Origin: Antedon mediterranea
Taxonomy: Eukaryota; Animalia; Echinodermata
DNA length: 64,000 nucleotides
Direction of reading: 5' to 3'
Assembly (NCBI RefSeq): GCF_964355755.1
Contig: NC_092674.1
Span: forward strand, 31,806,001-31,870,000
In this document: positions 62,521 to 64,000 of the stretch, in pieces
How the letters are laid out: each line of letters starts with the position of its first letter
Position numbering within the stretch: position 1 is the first letter of the stretch
Position numbers and translations under genes: made by a program
Notes under the pieces: generated by a model
What the model was told of the DNA's origin: nothing
Databases searched by the model: none
What the model saw: only the letters and a program-made list of their open reading frames with translations

Positions 62521-64000
62521 CTTATGCTTCACTGTATACAGTTATATACTATGACTTCAAACAGACATGATTCTGCACTATGAACATTATTACTTATGCT
62601 TCACTGTATACAGTAATACTATGACTTAAAACAGACATGATTCTGCACTATGAACATTATTACTTATGCTTCACTGTATACAGTTATATACTATGACTTC
62701 AAACAGACATGATTCTGCACTATGAACATTATTACTTATGCTTCACTGTATAGGCCTACAGTTATATACTATGACTTAAAACAGACATGATTCTGCACTA
62801 TGAACATTATTACTTATGCTTCACTGTATACAGTTATATACTATGACTTCAAACAGACATGATTCTGCACTATGAACATTATTACTTATGCTTCACTGTA
62901 TAGGCCTACAGTTATATACTATGACTTCAAACAGACATGATTCTGCACTATGAACATTATTACTTATGCTTCACTGTATACAGTAATACTATGACTTCAA
63001 ACAGACATGATTCTGCACTATGAACATTATTACTTATGCTTCACTGTATACAGTTATATACTATGACTTAAAACAGACATGATTCTGCACTATGAACATT
63101 ATTACTTATGCTTCACTGTATACAGTAATACTATGACTTCAAACAGACATGATTCTGCACTATGAACATTATTACTTATGCTTCACTGTATACAGTAATA
63201 CTATGACTTCAAACAGACATGATTCTGCACTATGAACATTATTACTTATGCTTCACTGTATACAGTTATATACTATGACTTAAAACAGACATGATTCTGC
63301 ACTATGAACATTATTACTTATGCTTCACTGTATACAGTTATATACTATGACTTCAAACAGACATGATTCTGCACTATGAACATTATTACTTATGCTTCAC
63401 TGTATACAGTAATACTATGACTTAAAACAGACATGATTCTGCACTATGAACATTATTACTTATGCTTCACTGTATACAGTTATATACTATGACTTCAAAC
63501 AGACATGATTCTGCACTATGAACATTATTACTTATGCTTCACTGTATACAGTTATATACTATGACTTCAAACAGACATGATTCTGCACTATGAACATTAT
63601 TACTTATGCTTCACTGTATACAGTTATATACTATGACTTAAAACAGACATGATTCTGCACTATGAACATTATTACTTATGCTTCACTGTATACAGTTATA
63701 TACTATGACTTCAAACAGACATGATTCTGCACTATGAACATTATTACTTATGCTTCACTCTATACAGTTATATACTATGACTTCAAACAGACATGATTCT
63801 GCACTATGAACATTATTACTTATGCTTCACTGTATACAGTTATATACTATGACTTAAAACAGACATGATTCTGCACTATGAACATTATTACTTATGCTTC
63901 ACTGTATAGGCCTACAGTTACATACTATGACTTAAAACAGACATGATTCTGCACTATGAACATTATTACTTATGCTTCACTGTATACAGTTTATATACTA
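62521..64000. repeat. 70-78-bp minisatellite, about 20 copies, running off the window end
   Basis: Unit CTTATGCTTCACTGTATACAGTTATATACTATGACTTMAAACAGACATGATTCTGCACTATGAACATTATTA with small indel variants. Confidence 0.98.

Noticed and set aside
59422-64000. Long regular arrays as CRISPR-like loci
   Set aside because: Units are contiguous with no unique spacers, no cas genes, eukaryotic context; same for 23731-24215, 29503-30103 and 46489-47677.

Overview
AT-rich eukaryotic (invertebrate animal, plausibly echinoderm; taxon is a guess) genomic DNA with four spliced genes: (1) 3' part of a collagen-repeat protein ending in a Caspr/neurexin-IV-type fibrinogen-like domain (+, 56-3528); (2) a complete 14-exon SLC5 sodium/solute (SGLT-like) cotransporter (-, 10002-5142); (3) a 3-coding-exon SMIM20/phoenixin-precursor orthologue absent from the ORF track (+, 20799-22166); (4) a GABA-A beta/Lcch3-like Cys-loop receptor subunit (-, 53001-24623). 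The most striking observation is that the receptor gene carries two intact, tandemly duplicated 153-bp exons encoding loop C end, pre-M1, M1 and the start of M2, separated by a 239-bp intron that folds into a long stem-loop: a candidate RNA-structure-guided mutually exclusive splicing switch of the channel's transmembrane module. The same subunit has a 2-residue deletion in M2 and a probable GC-AG intron. Non-genic DNA is full of nested mobile elements: three GCG-ended TIR elements with 9-bp TSDs all centred on CCGGG, three TAG-ended Academ-like elements, TTAA Kolobok-like MITEs, a Helentron-type element, L2/CR1 and RTE LINE remnants, tRNA-derived SINEs, a tandem array carrying a tRNA-like gene with an ATC anticodon, probable TAGGCCTA excision footprints and several minisatellites. 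All calls are by-eye; no searches were run.
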